Shown here in pieces: positions 9,166 to 18,408 of a stretch of DNA of 64,000 bases. The notes below the pieces were generated by a model, which saw only the letters and a list, made by a program, of their open reading frames with translations, was not told the DNA's origin and searched no databases. This DNA comes from a bacterium (GTDB lineage Bacteria > Electryoneota > RPQS01). Every line of letters begins with the position of its first letter. Position 1 is the first letter of the stretch. Location of the stretch: contig JABWCQ010000011.1 of NCBI GenBank assembly GCA_013360195.1, positions 32,671 through 96,670 of the forward strand, read 5' to 3'. The position numbers were made by a program, and so were the translations under genes.

Positions 9166-10011
9166 TTGACAAACATACTTGATCGGATTTGGCTGATATT
9201 CTCTTCAGTCAAACTCACCATTGTTCTGCTGCTGATTTTCGGCATTGCAATGGCCTACGGAACCTGGATTGAAACCGTATACTCCAATGGTGCGGCGCGA
9301 ATTCTAATTTACCGCACCTGGTGGTTTGACGTTTTGACCGTTCTGCTCGCACTCAATCTCATCGGCTGCACGCTCAGGCGGGCTCCCTACTATCCTCACC
9401 AATATCCGTGGCTGCTCACACACGTTTCCCTGCTCCTGATTATGGCGGCGTCGCTCATTACGAACCGCTTCGGACTGCAAGGACAAATGGTCATTCTGGA
9501 GGGTGAAACCGAAAACCGCTTCGGACTGGAGCAGCTGGACTTCGAGAATTGGGAAACCACAATCGGAGAAGAGCGGCAGCTCCCGTTTGGAGTTCACTGT
9601 GTGGCTTTTGAACAGGTAATGTATCCCGGCACGGGCATGACCTCCCTGTTCAAATCGCATGTAATTGTGGATGACCCCGGCAATCCCGAAAAGATCGAGT
9701 GGGATGTCATTTTGAATCATCCTCTCGTTTACAAAGGCTACAAGATCAGCCAGGCATCGTGGATTGACCTGCCGGACGGCAGACAGGCAACGGTTCTTGG
9801 TGTATCCTACGACCCGGGCATTCCCTACATGTATGTCGGGGGAAGCCTGCTTGTACTTTCCATGGCGGGTATTATCTTTCTGAAGCCGTGGCTGAAAAGG
9901 AAATTTCCGCCCGCACCGCGCGGACCGATAATGCCGCTTGCTGAAAACACGGAGATGACACAAGAGCTTATGGCCGATTCTCCCACGAACAAAGAGGGAA
10001 TCCCCGCATGA
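9166..10011 (+). CDS. ccsB: Cytochrome c biogenesis protein ResB/Ccs1 (system II), compact form
   Basis: 281-aa ORF with an N-terminal TM helix (VKLTIVLLLIFGIAMAYGTWIE), two further helices, a periplasmic domain and a C-terminal helix. It has an ATGA overlap with ccsA. Confidence 0.7.
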   Translation: MTNILDRIWLIFSSVKLTIVLLLIFGIAMAYGTWIETVYSNGAARILIYRTWWFDVLTVLLALNLIGCTLRRAPYYPHQYPWLLTHVSLLLIMAASLITNRFGLQGQMVILEGETENRFGLEQLDFENWETTIGEERQLPFGVHCVAFEQVMYPGTGMTSLFKSHVIVDDPGNPEKIEWDVILNHPLVYKGYKISQASWIDLPDGRQATVLGVSYDPGIPYMYVGGSLLVLSMAGIIFLKPWLKRKFPPAPRGPIMPLAENTEMTQELMADSPTNKEGIPA

Positions 10012-11747
10012 AGAAGTTCGCATTCCTGATCACGGCTTTGCTTTTCTCGCTGTCGTTTGCACATGCCGAAGACTATGACTGGAAGATCGCCGGTCAAATC
10101 GTCGTGCAAGACGGCGGCCGCCTGAAACCACTGGACACGTTCGCACGCGAGCTGGTGTCCGATCTTACTGGCCGTGACAAATATGAAGGCCAGCATCCCG
10201 TGGAGACATATTTCCGCTGGATGGCTGACGGCAGCCGCTGGTCGGATATGCCGCTCATCTATTTGCCCAAAGGAGATTTGAGCCGCGAACTCGACCTACC
10301 CGGCGGACACGGCAACATGTATTCAATTCAGGAGCTGCATTCCAAACCGCGACTGATGCAGATCGTCATGGAGGCTCAAGAGGCACAGAAGGCGAACGAG
10401 AAGCTCACGTTCACACAAAGCAAGGCCAACGAAATCCTGCACAAAGTGAACACGCTGTCGCTCGTGTTCCAGCATGAACTTCCTTCGTTCGTTCCGCCGC
10501 AGGAAGGTGATGCCAAGACAAAGGAATGGATGTCCATGCCCGAACTTCTGGCCAAGCTCGAGCGTGACTCGATGAATGCTGTCGGGATTAGTGAAGAAAT
10601 GTCCGCCTTCGGTCTGGCCTGGGCAGGCATGTTTCATTCCGTGCTTGACAACCGCCCGGATATGTTCAATACTTCAGCGAATCTCTTTGTCGAGACGCAG
10701 CATAAACTTCTGGCAAATCAACCTGAGATCGAGGCCCACAATAGCCTTGAAGTGACTTTTAACAGTCTCGCTCCCTTTTTCTGGTCGCGGATTCTACTGC
10801 TCGCCGCGGCAGTGCTGTTTGCTCTAAGTTACACGCAGCGATTCGCCAGAATGCGATCATCCGCCCTGATTGGTATGGTCGGCGGATTGATGTTCTTTTC
10901 AATCGGGATGATCATGCGCTGGATGATCGGCGGACGCGCACCGTGGTCAAACATGTACGAATCGCTGATGGCTATCGGCTGGTCGCTCGTTATCATCGCA
11001 CTGATCTACGAACTCGTCCGGAGAGACAAGATTTTCGGCCTGTCCGGTTCGCTGATGGGTGGAATTGTGCTTTGGCTTGCGCATTACGCGAATCTCGACC
11101 GCGGCATCAATCCGCTCGTTCCAGCTTTGCAGAGCTACTGGCTCATCTATCACGTCATAACGATTCTGACGAGTTACGCCTGTCTGGCCATTGCCATGGT
11201 CATCGGCCATGTTGTCCTTATCGGCGCAGTGAAGTCAAAGGGGCAAATCAGCCCAACACTTGCAAAGATGGCGTCGGCCAATTTGCATGTGATGCAGGTC
11301 GGATGCGTCATTCTCATTTTCGGAATTCTGCTCGGCGCGGTTTGGGCGGACTCAAGCTGGGGACGCTTCTGGGGCTGGGATCCGAAAGAAACGTGGGCGT
11401 TGATTACGTGGTTCGTCTATATCGCCTTCCTGCACGGTCGCAGCGCGGGATGGTTGAACTGGAAAGGGCTTGCGTTTGTCTCGGTAGCCGCATTTCCTGT
11501 TGTGGTGATGACTTATTACGGTGTGAACTTCTACCTTTCCGGACTGCACAGCTACGGCGCCGGTTCCTCGCCGGGTATTCCGTGGGAAGCCTATGCTTAC
11601 CTCGTTATTGAAGCGATCTTCCTCGGTTGGGTGGCCATGCAGCTGAAAGGAAAGTGGGGCAACATGAACTACAAACAACAGCCGCCTGCGTCACCGGCAA
11701 CGGCTGTTCCGCGCGCTGCGCAGGAACCCGCAGGAGTCAACTCTTGA
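10008..11747 (+). CDS. ccsA: Cytochrome c-type biogenesis protein CcsA/ResC (system II haem lyase subunit) with ~270-aa N-terminal periplasmic extension
   Basis: 579-aa ORF with a signal peptide. The Trp-rich haem-handling motif WGRFWGWDPKETWALITW and conserved His residues lie in flanking helices. Confidence 0.85.
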   Translation: MKKFAFLITALLFSLSFAHAEDYDWKIAGQIVVQDGGRLKPLDTFARELVSDLTGRDKYEGQHPVETYFRWMADGSRWSDMPLIYLPKGDLSRELDLPGGHGNMYSIQELHSKPRLMQIVMEAQEAQKANEKLTFTQSKANEILHKVNTLSLVFQHELPSFVPPQEGDAKTKEWMSMPELLAKLERDSMNAVGISEEMSAFGLAWAGMFHSVLDNRPDMFNTSANLFVETQHKLLANQPEIEAHNSLEVTFNSLAPFFWSRILLLAAAVLFALSYTQRFARMRSSALIGMVGGLMFFSIGMIMRWMIGGRAPWSNMYESLMAIGWSLVIIALIYELVRRDKIFGLSGSLMGGIVLWLAHYANLDRGINPLVPALQSYWLIYHVITILTSYACLAIAMVIGHVVLIGAVKSKGQISPTLAKMASANLHVMQVGCVILIFGILLGAVWADSSWGRFWGWDPKETWALITWFVYIAFLHGRSAGWLNWKGLAFVSVAAFPVVVMTYYGVNFYLSGLHSYGAGSSPGIPWEAYAYLVIEAIFLGWVAMQLKGKWGNMNYKQQPPASPATAVPRAAQEPAGVNS

Positions 11748-13696
11748 GTACTTTCAACGCCGAACTCTATCCTCTTCTTTCGCGTATTGATTCCCCGGCG
11801 GAATTGCGCAGGTTGAATGTTGAGGAGCTTGAGATTGTCTGCACCGAACTTCGACGCTATCTGTGGGACACCATCAACGCAGTCGGCGGGCATTTGGCCG
11901 CATCGCTCGGTGTCGTTGAACTGACTACCGCCCTCCACTACGTCTACAACACGCCCGAAGACCGGATCGTGTGGGACGTCGGTCATCAGGGTTACATTCA
12001 TAAGATTCTCACCGGCCGAAGGGACAAGCTTGGCACTATCCGCCGCAAGGGGGGATTGTCAGGCTTTCTGAAACGCAATGAAAGTGAGTTTGATTCGTTT
12101 GGAGCCGGCCATGCGTCCACGTCGCTTTCAGCGGCATTCGGGATGGCCGTAGCTCGCGACATCAAAGGCGAAAAACATAGCGTCGTCGCTGTGATTGGTG
12201 ACGGCGGCATGACCGGCGGACTTGCGTTTGAAGCGCTAAACAACGCCGGACACTCAGGCCGTGACATTACCATCATTCTGAATGACAACAGAATGTCCAT
12301 CTCGCCGAACGTGGGTGCCGTCCCAAAGTTTCTGGCCAAAATGGAAACCAATCCGCTGCTTGGCAAAATCAAGGACGAGATGTGGGAGATGATGGGTAAG
12401 TCTCCGGTCGGCAAGGATACGATGCGCAGCTTTGCCGGACGCTTTGAAGCATCACTGAAGAGCCTCGTCTCGCCGGGAATGCTGTTCGAAGAGTTCGGGT
12501 TCCAGTATTTCGGACCATTCGATGGACACAATATCAAGGAGTCCGTCGAAATTCTGAATAACATCAAGAGCCACCACAAACACCCTGTTCTGGTTCATTT
12601 CCTGACCAGAAAAGGTAAAGGCTATGATGTAGCAGAAGCGGATTCTGTGACATGGCACGCGGTGAAAGCACCAGCCAAAGTCGAGCCGAAGGTCGAAGCG
12701 AAACCCGAGCCGGAAACCGAAGCTTACATGAACATTTTCGGCAAGGCAATGATTCAAGAGGCCAAGCGCGATAAACGCGTATGCGTGATTACCGCGGCGA
12801 TGAAGGAAGGCACCGGACTTGTCGAGTTTTCGCAGGAATGTCCTGAACAGTTCTTTGACGTAGGCATCGCAGAAGGTCATGCCGTCACGTTTGCCGCGGG
12901 ATTGGCCGCCGAAGGATTAAAACCTGTCGCCGCTATTTACTCAACTTTCTTGCAGCGTGCCTATGACCATATTTTGCATGATTGCGGCATCCAGCATTTG
13001 CCCGTCCTGTTTTGCATGGACAGAGGCGGCCTCGTCGGTGAAGACGGCCCGACACATCATGGCTGTTATGATTTCGGTTATTTGACTACCATTCCCGGTA
13101 TGGTGGTATGTGCTCCTCGCGACGGACAAGAGCTTCGCAACCTAATCCACACCGGCTTGAATTGGGCTGAAGGGCCCTTCGGCATTCGCTACCCGCGAGA
13201 TAAGGCTCCCGATCATATTAATTGGGATGAATCACCTGCTCTGCTGAAAGTTGGAAGCTGGGAGATGCTGCGTGAAGGCAAACGAGTTTGTGTCCTTGCC
13301 GCAGGAACGATGGTGGAAGCGGCGCGCAAAGTCATTGCTGCCGAAGAGTTCAATGTTACTTTGATCAATGCACGCTTCATCAAGCCTTTTGACGAAGTCC
13401 TGTTGTCTCAACTGCTCGACACGCATGAAGCGGTGCTGACGCTGGAAGAAGGCACAGGGTACGGCGGGCTCGGTTCGCAAGTGGCTTTGTATTTGAAGTC
13501 CAACGGCCATGAGCATCTGTTCCATGCAATGCATTTGCCGGATAGCTATATCGAACACGGCACGCGTACTCAGCTTCTCGAAATCGCAGGACTGTCACCA
13601 CGCCATATTTCAGAGGCCATCGCCGGATTAATTCAGGCCGAGTTGCCCGCTTCGATGCTCATGCGCACCGGTCAAACTGAGGACAGCGGAAGATGA
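11744..13696 (+). CDS. dxs: 1-deoxy-D-xylulose-5-phosphate synthase
   Basis: LLSRIDSPAELRRL, GGHLAASLGVVELT, VWDVGHQGYIHKILTGRR and IGDGGMTGGLAFEALN are DXS/TPP motifs. I set the start to TTG 11744, which overlaps the ccsA TGA (11745-11747). The track start 11627 lies inside ccsA. Confidence 0.93.
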   Translation: MSTFNAELYPLLSRIDSPAELRRLNVEELEIVCTELRRYLWDTINAVGGHLAASLGVVELTTALHYVYNTPEDRIVWDVGHQGYIHKILTGRRDKLGTIRRKGGLSGFLKRNESEFDSFGAGHASTSLSAAFGMAVARDIKGEKHSVVAVIGDGGMTGGLAFEALNNAGHSGRDITIILNDNRMSISPNVGAVPKFLAKMETNPLLGKIKDEMWEMMGKSPVGKDTMRSFAGRFEASLKSLVSPGMLFEEFGFQYFGPFDGHNIKESVEILNNIKSHHKHPVLVHFLTRKGKGYDVAEADSVTWHAVKAPAKVEPKVEAKPEPETEAYMNIFGKAMIQEAKRDKRVCVITAAMKEGTGLVEFSQECPEQFFDVGIAEGHAVTFAAGLAAEGLKPVAAIYSTFLQRAYDHILHDCGIQHLPVLFCMDRGGLVGEDGPTHHGCYDFGYLTTIPGMVVCAPRDGQELRNLIHTGLNWAEGPFGIRYPRDKAPDHINWDESPALLKVGSWEMLREGKRVCVLAAGTMVEAARKVIAAEEFNVTLINARFIKPFDEVLLSQLLDTHEAVLTLEEGTGYGGLGSQVALYLKSNGHEHLFHAMHLPDSYIEHGTRTQLLEIAGLSPRHISEAIAGLIQAELPASMLMRTGQTEDSGR

Positions 13697-14643
13697 GTAT
13701 GAGAGTCCTGGTTGATCCGCGGGCTGGCTTCTGCGGCGGCGTACGACGCGTTGTCAAGATGGCCGAAAAAGTGATGAGTGACACCGGACTTCCGCTGGTG
13801 TCGCTCGGTGACATCATTCACAACGAAGTTGAAATTGCGCGCCTCGAGAAAAGCGGATTGTCTTCCATTGACCATGGCGGAATGGCCGCCGAACAGCGTC
13901 CGCAAAAGGTTCTGATTCGTGCACATGGCGAACCACCTGAAACCTACGCCAAGGCAAAGGAACTCGGTGTCGAGTTGATTGACGGGACGTGCCCCGTGGT
14001 GACCCGTTCGCAGAATATTGCTCGCAAGCACTATGAAGCGGGCGAACAGGTCGTCATTATCGGCAAACCTTACCATCCCGAAACGATTGGCATCAAGGGT
14101 CATTGCGACAACAGGGCGTTCGTGGTTTACGAACGCGAAGACTGTCTGCAACTCGATCCAAATAAGAAAGTCTTCATCCTTGCTCAGACGACCGTTTCGA
14201 AAGAGTGGTTTGAAGAGCGGATCGGGTGGATCAGAGATTACGCCCGCGATGTCGAAGTTCAAGTTGAAAACACCCTTTGCCGCTTTGTGGTCGGTCGCGA
14301 TGGAGATTTGGAGCAATTCGCAACTCAGGTGGATGTTATCATCATGGTTGGCGGCACGAAAAGCTCTAACACAAAGGCTCTCTATGGTGTGTGCAAGCGC
14401 ATGAACAACCGCGCACACCTCATCGTCGATGAAAACGATCTTGAATATTCGTGGTTCCGTGATGGAGACACGATTGGAGTCACAGGCTCAGCTTCAACAC
14501 CGCATTGGCTGCTGGAAAAGGTGCGGGATATGATTGGCGAACGCACCGGTGCCGACGTACTCCGCGATACAACCGATTGGGAATCCCTGCAGCAGCAGAG
14601 CGAGCTTGAAAAAATGACAAAGGATGATTGCGAGTGTAATTAG
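13693..14643 (+). CDS. ispH: 4-hydroxy-3-methylbut-2-enyl diphosphate reductase
   Basis: 316-aa ORF with an ATGA overlap with dxs. GFCGGVRRVV, IIHNEVE, GTCPVVT and SSNTKAL are LytB/IspH motifs, including the three Cys ligands. Confidence 0.95.
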   Translation: MSMRVLVDPRAGFCGGVRRVVKMAEKVMSDTGLPLVSLGDIIHNEVEIARLEKSGLSSIDHGGMAAEQRPQKVLIRAHGEPPETYAKAKELGVELIDGTCPVVTRSQNIARKHYEAGEQVVIIGKPYHPETIGIKGHCDNRAFVVYEREDCLQLDPNKKVFILAQTTVSKEWFEERIGWIRDYARDVEVQVENTLCRFVVGRDGDLEQFATQVDVIIMVGGTKSSNTKALYGVCKRMNNRAHLIVDENDLEYSWFRDGDTIGVTGSASTPHWLLEKVRDMIGERTGADVLRDTTDWESLQQQSELEKMTKDDCECN

Positions 14644-14689
14644 CACCTGACCGCCGACTGACGGTTCTTTGAATTGACGAGGTTATACG

Positions 14690-16273
14690 ATGTTTGTATT
14701 ATTGATGGTATGCTGCTCTTTGAGTATTGTTATGTCAGCTGAACGGCCCAATGTGCCGCGCTCCGCAGTAGTTGATGTTCTGCCGATTGACTTTCGGGCA
14801 ACATCCAATCCGCTCGATGACAGCGGCCCGAATGTCCGTATGAATCAAGACACAATCGGCAGACGACAAAATGAAATCACGATGGCGTCGTGGATTCAGA
14901 ACCCGCGTCTGGTCATGGGCGGTTCCAACGACTACCGCAACGGTGATGCGTCCGGGGGATTCTATGTCAGCATTGACGGCGGTTACTCGTTCTATGATGC
15001 CCTGGTCACGAGAGGCCCTGCCGGAGTGTTTGAGGCGTCCGGTGATCCGGTTGCGGCAATTGACCGCACGGGGCGACTCTACGCGAATTACATTTCCTTT
15101 GACCGTACGACGGATGACGGAGGACTGTATGTCCAATCTTCCGTTGACAGCGGCATAAGCTGGTCAGACCCTGTGCCGATTGCCGAACACATCAATGCGC
15201 CGGGTGCGGATTTTGAAGATAAGCCCTATGCCTGCTGTGACTTGTCGCCGGGTTCGCCACATGTGAACTCACATTATGTGTCGTGGACAAGATTCTATGC
15301 GGCTGGCGGCTCTCCGATTTTCTTGTCCTACTCGAGGAACGGCGGCGCAAGTTATTCCGCACCCGTCCGTGTTTCCGAGTCGGATGCCTGTCAATTCTCC
15401 TGTCCTGCCACCGGACCAAATGGAGAAGTTTATGTGGTCTTCGTGGACTACTGGACCGCTCGCATCAAGGTTGATAAATCACTTGATGGAGGCGTTACAT
15501 GGGGCACCGATGTTACGGTGTCACAAATTTGGGACTTGTGGGGTCAGGTAAATCCATGCGGAACGTTCCGCACGCCGTCCTACCCTATGATCGCGTGCGA
15601 CATCTCCGGCGGTCCGCGTCACGGCTGGATCTATGTCTGCTGGGTTACCTTTAACGGCACCGATCCAGATGTGATGCTCAGCAGTTCTGCTGACGGCGGT
15701 GCCACATGGAGCGCGCCGGTTCGCGTGGACGACGGCCCTGTCGGAACGTGGCAATGGTGGCAATGGATGAGTGTTCATCCGGAAACAGGTCACTTGGGCA
15801 TCGGCTGGCTTGATCGCCGCGATGACCCCGCAGGCTGCCTGTATTTGCCTTATGCGACGATTTCAACCGATGGCGGCGTGACGTTTGAACAGAGTTTTCC
15901 GCTTTCCTCCGTTCAATCGAATCCGACGGTCACGAATTTTCTGGGTGATTACAATAGTGCAACGTTCAGACATGACGGCGGCTTCTACTACGGCTGGGTG
16001 GACACGCGCAACGACACAGGCGATGGATACAGCGCATGGTTTCGTCTTGGACCACCGGCGCCGGAGGGCTTAGTCATTTCGGTTGCGGGTGATGATGCCC
16101 GCCTTGACTGGAATCCCGTTGAAGCGGCAAGTTATGAAGTTTACAGCGCGCTAAGTTCTGAAGGCCCATACGCAACTTTTGTCGGCGCTACCGCCGATAC
16201 CTTCTTGTTAGATATTAGCGCTTTTTCCACAAATGAAGAGAAATTCTACGTGGTGAAAGCTGTAGGAGAATAG
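14690..16273 (+). CDS. Secreted BNR/Asp-box repeat protein (sialidase-like beta-propeller) with C-terminal Fn3-like domain
   Basis: 527-aa ORF with a hydrophobic N-terminus. It has six SxDxGxTW-type Asp boxes (SIDGGYSF, SVDSGISWS, SRNGGASYS, SLDGGVTWG, SADGGATWS, STDGGVTFE). Confidence 0.7.
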   Translation: MFVLLMVCCSLSIVMSAERPNVPRSAVVDVLPIDFRATSNPLDDSGPNVRMNQDTIGRRQNEITMASWIQNPRLVMGGSNDYRNGDASGGFYVSIDGGYSFYDALVTRGPAGVFEASGDPVAAIDRTGRLYANYISFDRTTDDGGLYVQSSVDSGISWSDPVPIAEHINAPGADFEDKPYACCDLSPGSPHVNSHYVSWTRFYAAGGSPIFLSYSRNGGASYSAPVRVSESDACQFSCPATGPNGEVYVVFVDYWTARIKVDKSLDGGVTWGTDVTVSQIWDLWGQVNPCGTFRTPSYPMIACDISGGPRHGWIYVCWVTFNGTDPDVMLSSSADGGATWSAPVRVDDGPVGTWQWWQWMSVHPETGHLGIGWLDRRDDPAGCLYLPYATISTDGGVTFEQSFPLSSVQSNPTVTNFLGDYNSATFRHDGGFYYGWVDTRNDTGDGYSAWFRLGPPAPEGLVISVAGDDARLDWNPVEAASYEVYSALSSEGPYATFVGATADTFLLDISAFSTNEEKFYVVKAVGE

Positions 16274-16278
16274 TTAGC

Positions 16279-17187
16279 TTGCAAGCCCTACCCGTACTAA
16301 CCGACACAACTCCTGCGTCGCCGCGGAAGCCGGAGTGGCTGAAAATCAAAATCGGCCACACCAAGAAATTCCATGGAGTGCGCGAACTGATTCACGGACA
16401 AAAACTCTTCACCGTGTGTGAAGAGGCGGCCTGCCCCAATATGGCCGAATGCTGGTCGCGCGGCACGGCAACAATCATGATTATGGGCGATATCTGCACG
16501 CGCTCGTGCGGGTTCTGCAATGTCAAGACAGGCAAACCTCTTCCACTCGATAAAGAAGAGCCGCGCCGCGTCGCCGAAGCCCTGCGCGAATTCAATCTGA
16601 AATACATCGTTATTACCTCGGTCGATCGGGATGAGCTTGACGATTGCGGAGCCGGACACATTGCTGAAACCATTCGCCTCTGCAAGGAGTTATCTCCATC
16701 GACGCGCTTGGAAGTCCTCGTTCCGGATTTCAAGGGTAAGCCTGAGTGCGTAAAGACCGTTTGTGACGCCGGTCCTGCTGTCTATGCGCATAACATGGAA
16801 ACCGTTGCCCGTTTGCACCTGCAGGTAAGGCCGCAGGCGAAATACTGGCGCAGCCTGGACACGCTTGCCCGCGCAAAACGTCACGGAATGGTAGTCAAGT
16901 CCGGCATCATGGTCGGTCTCGGCGAAACTCCGCAGGAGGTCAAGGAGGTCATGCGCGACCTTGTGGACGCCGGTTGTGACCTGCTGACGATCGGACAATA
17001 CATGCAGCCTTCCCGCCGTCATTTGCCGGTCATCGAATATGTCCACCCTGACCAGTTCCGCGAGTACAAGGAACTGGGGCAGTCGCTGGGACTGAAATAT
17101 GTCGAAAGCGGTCCTCTCGTGCGTTCGAGCTACAAAGCTGAAACGCAAGAGGAGCTGATGCGAAGCGGTGTACTGGCCGGGGCTTGA
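16279..17187 (+). CDS. lipA: Lipoyl synthase
   Basis: 302-aa ORF carrying the auxiliary cluster motif CEEAACPNMAECW and the radical-SAM motif CTRSCGFCNV. Confidence 0.95.
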   Translation: MQALPVLTDTTPASPRKPEWLKIKIGHTKKFHGVRELIHGQKLFTVCEEAACPNMAECWSRGTATIMIMGDICTRSCGFCNVKTGKPLPLDKEEPRRVAEALREFNLKYIVITSVDRDELDDCGAGHIAETIRLCKELSPSTRLEVLVPDFKGKPECVKTVCDAGPAVYAHNMETVARLHLQVRPQAKYWRSLDTLARAKRHGMVVKSGIMVGLGETPQEVKEVMRDLVDAGCDLLTIGQYMQPSRRHLPVIEYVHPDQFREYKELGQSLGLKYVESGPLVRSSYKAETQEELMRSGVLAGA

Positions 17188-17247
17188 ACCGTCAGGATTT
17201 TTTTCTCGATTACTTAATTCAATTTTCAGATAACGGAGAATCACACC

Positions 17248-17571
17248 ATGATTACACTGTCAGGAACTGCTCACTCCAAGGTCAAGGCCATCATGGAGCA
17301 GGAGCAGAAGAGCGATTGGAATCTTCGCATGGGCGTGCGCGGCGGCGGCTGCAGCGGCATGAACTATGTGCTCGGTTTCGATAACCAACTTTCGGAAGAC
17401 GATCAAGTCTTTGAGCAGGACGGCATCAAGCTGGTTTGCGATATGAAGAGCTACCTGTACCTGAACGGGACCGAAATTGACTACGAAGACGGTCTGAACG
17501 GATCGGGTTTCGTATTCAAGAACCCCAATGCCAAGCGCTCCTGCGGTTGCGGGCAGTCCTTCTCAGCCTGA
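17248..17571 (+). CDS. HesB/IscA/ErpA family iron-sulfur cluster insertion (A-type carrier) protein
   Basis: 107-aa ORF with GGAG RBS-like sequence upstream. It has GGGCSG ... CGCGQSF, the C-x(n)-CGC ligand pattern. Confidence 0.85.
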   Translation: MITLSGTAHSKVKAIMEQEQKSDWNLRMGVRGGGCSGMNYVLGFDNQLSEDDQVFEQDGIKLVCDMKSYLYLNGTEIDYEDGLNGSGFVFKNPNAKRSCGCGQSFSA

Positions 17572-17627
17572 TTCAACCTCGGGCGTTGGCAGGTGACCGC
17601 ACTTGCCTCGCTTGGAACATTATTCGG

Positions 17628-17649
17628 CGGGCCTTAACCGGCCCGTTTT
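17628..17649 (+). terminator. Putative intrinsic terminator after the IscA-type gene
   Basis: CGGGCC (17628-17633), TTAACC loop, GGCCCG (17640-17645), followed by TTTT. Confidence 0.4.
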
Positions 17650-17657
17650 GACTTTCC

Positions 17658-17993
17658 ATGACCTCCAAGACTTATTGCGACATCCCTGTAACCGAGGAAA
17701 ACCTTTGGTTTATGGAAAGATACCTGAATGTCTTCGATTTTCTGGAACTTTTTCCACGGGATGCCGTCTCAAAGGCAGACGGCTCTCCAGGTATTCCCAT
17801 TAAACTTCGGACGGACTTAGGGTTCACAATAGAAACGGATATCGACCGCTCGAAAATGCAGCTTCGTAACCGCTCGAAACTGCATGGCTGGACCCGCTTC
17901 ACAACTGAACATAACCTGTCCGTCGGAGACACCATACGTATCGAGAAACTTAGTGACCGTGAATTCACTTTGCGGCTCATTCGTCAAGCTTAA
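17658..17993 (+). CDS. Small stand-alone B3-like (DNA-binding pseudobarrel, EcoRII-N/BfiI-C type) domain protein
   Basis: 111-aa ORF. IPIKLRTDLGFTIETDID...LRNRSKLHGWTRFTTEHNLSVGDTIRIEKL follows the B3 pattern (...GW..F......L..GD.I.F). GC is low (hand counts 40% and 48% on two lines). Confidence 0.4.
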   Translation: MTSKTYCDIPVTEENLWFMERYLNVFDFLELFPRDAVSKADGSPGIPIKLRTDLGFTIETDIDRSKMQLRNRSKLHGWTRFTTEHNLSVGDTIRIEKLSDREFTLRLIRQA

Positions 17994-18003
17994 ATAAACA
18001 ACA

Positions 18004-18276
18004 TTGGAACTTATCAGATTCCCCCTTGAAGACCTGCTGGATGGAGGCATTGTTCGTGAAAGTGACTATCGCCAGAAGCTGAACTCTATTAATCTGGACG
18101 AATACCGGGGCAAACCGGTTATGATTCCCTGGATTCACGGGCAAGAAGTGCCAATTTGGGTCTATCTCATGGCTGTCGCAAAACTGTCCCCAGTGGCAGG
18201 TGTTCTTTCGTTCGGCGAGCCGTGCTCTCCAGTCGTCCTCTCACAGACCATGCGGCCTGAAGCTAAGTCGTTATAA
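18004..18276 (+). CDS. DUF2480-like small protein (single-repeat version)
   Basis: 90-aa ORF starting 10 nt after the previous gene. FPLEDLLDGGIVRESDYRQKL...YRGKPVMIP...PIWVYLMAVAKLSPVAGVLSFGEPCSPV resembles the Bacteroidetes DUF2480 family as I remember it. Confidence 0.35.
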   Translation: MELIRFPLEDLLDGGIVRESDYRQKLNSINLDEYRGKPVMIPWIHGQEVPIWVYLMAVAKLSPVAGVLSFGEPCSPVVLSQTMRPEAKSL

Positions 18277-18302
18277 AATGAACAACCTAAAACCGATTTT
18301 TC

Positions 18303-18331
18303 TTGACATTCCTTAAGGTTTTTCATATATT
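18303..18331 (+). promoter_or_regulatory. Putative sigma70-type promoter of the tol-pal operon
   Basis: TTGACA (18303-18308), exactly 17 nt, TATATT (18326-18331). It ends 78 nt upstream of tolQ ATG 18409. Confidence 0.5.
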
Positions 18332-18408
18332 TGTATTTTATGAAGTAGGCCATGGCATGTCGGGGACAAATTGGGAATTTAGCTTTAGGATGAACAAAGG
18401 TTTGCACT

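Noticed and set aside
11627-11743. N-terminal extensions of several track ORFs: dxs 11627-11743, pal 21429-21554, eno 26326-26388, argF 31844-32002, TPR 28596-28712, repeat protein 37501-37527, coiled coil 48994-49023
   Set aside because: Each extension overlaps the preceding gene or adds residues outside the conserved family N-terminus. Internal ATG or TTG starts with SD-like sequences fit better.
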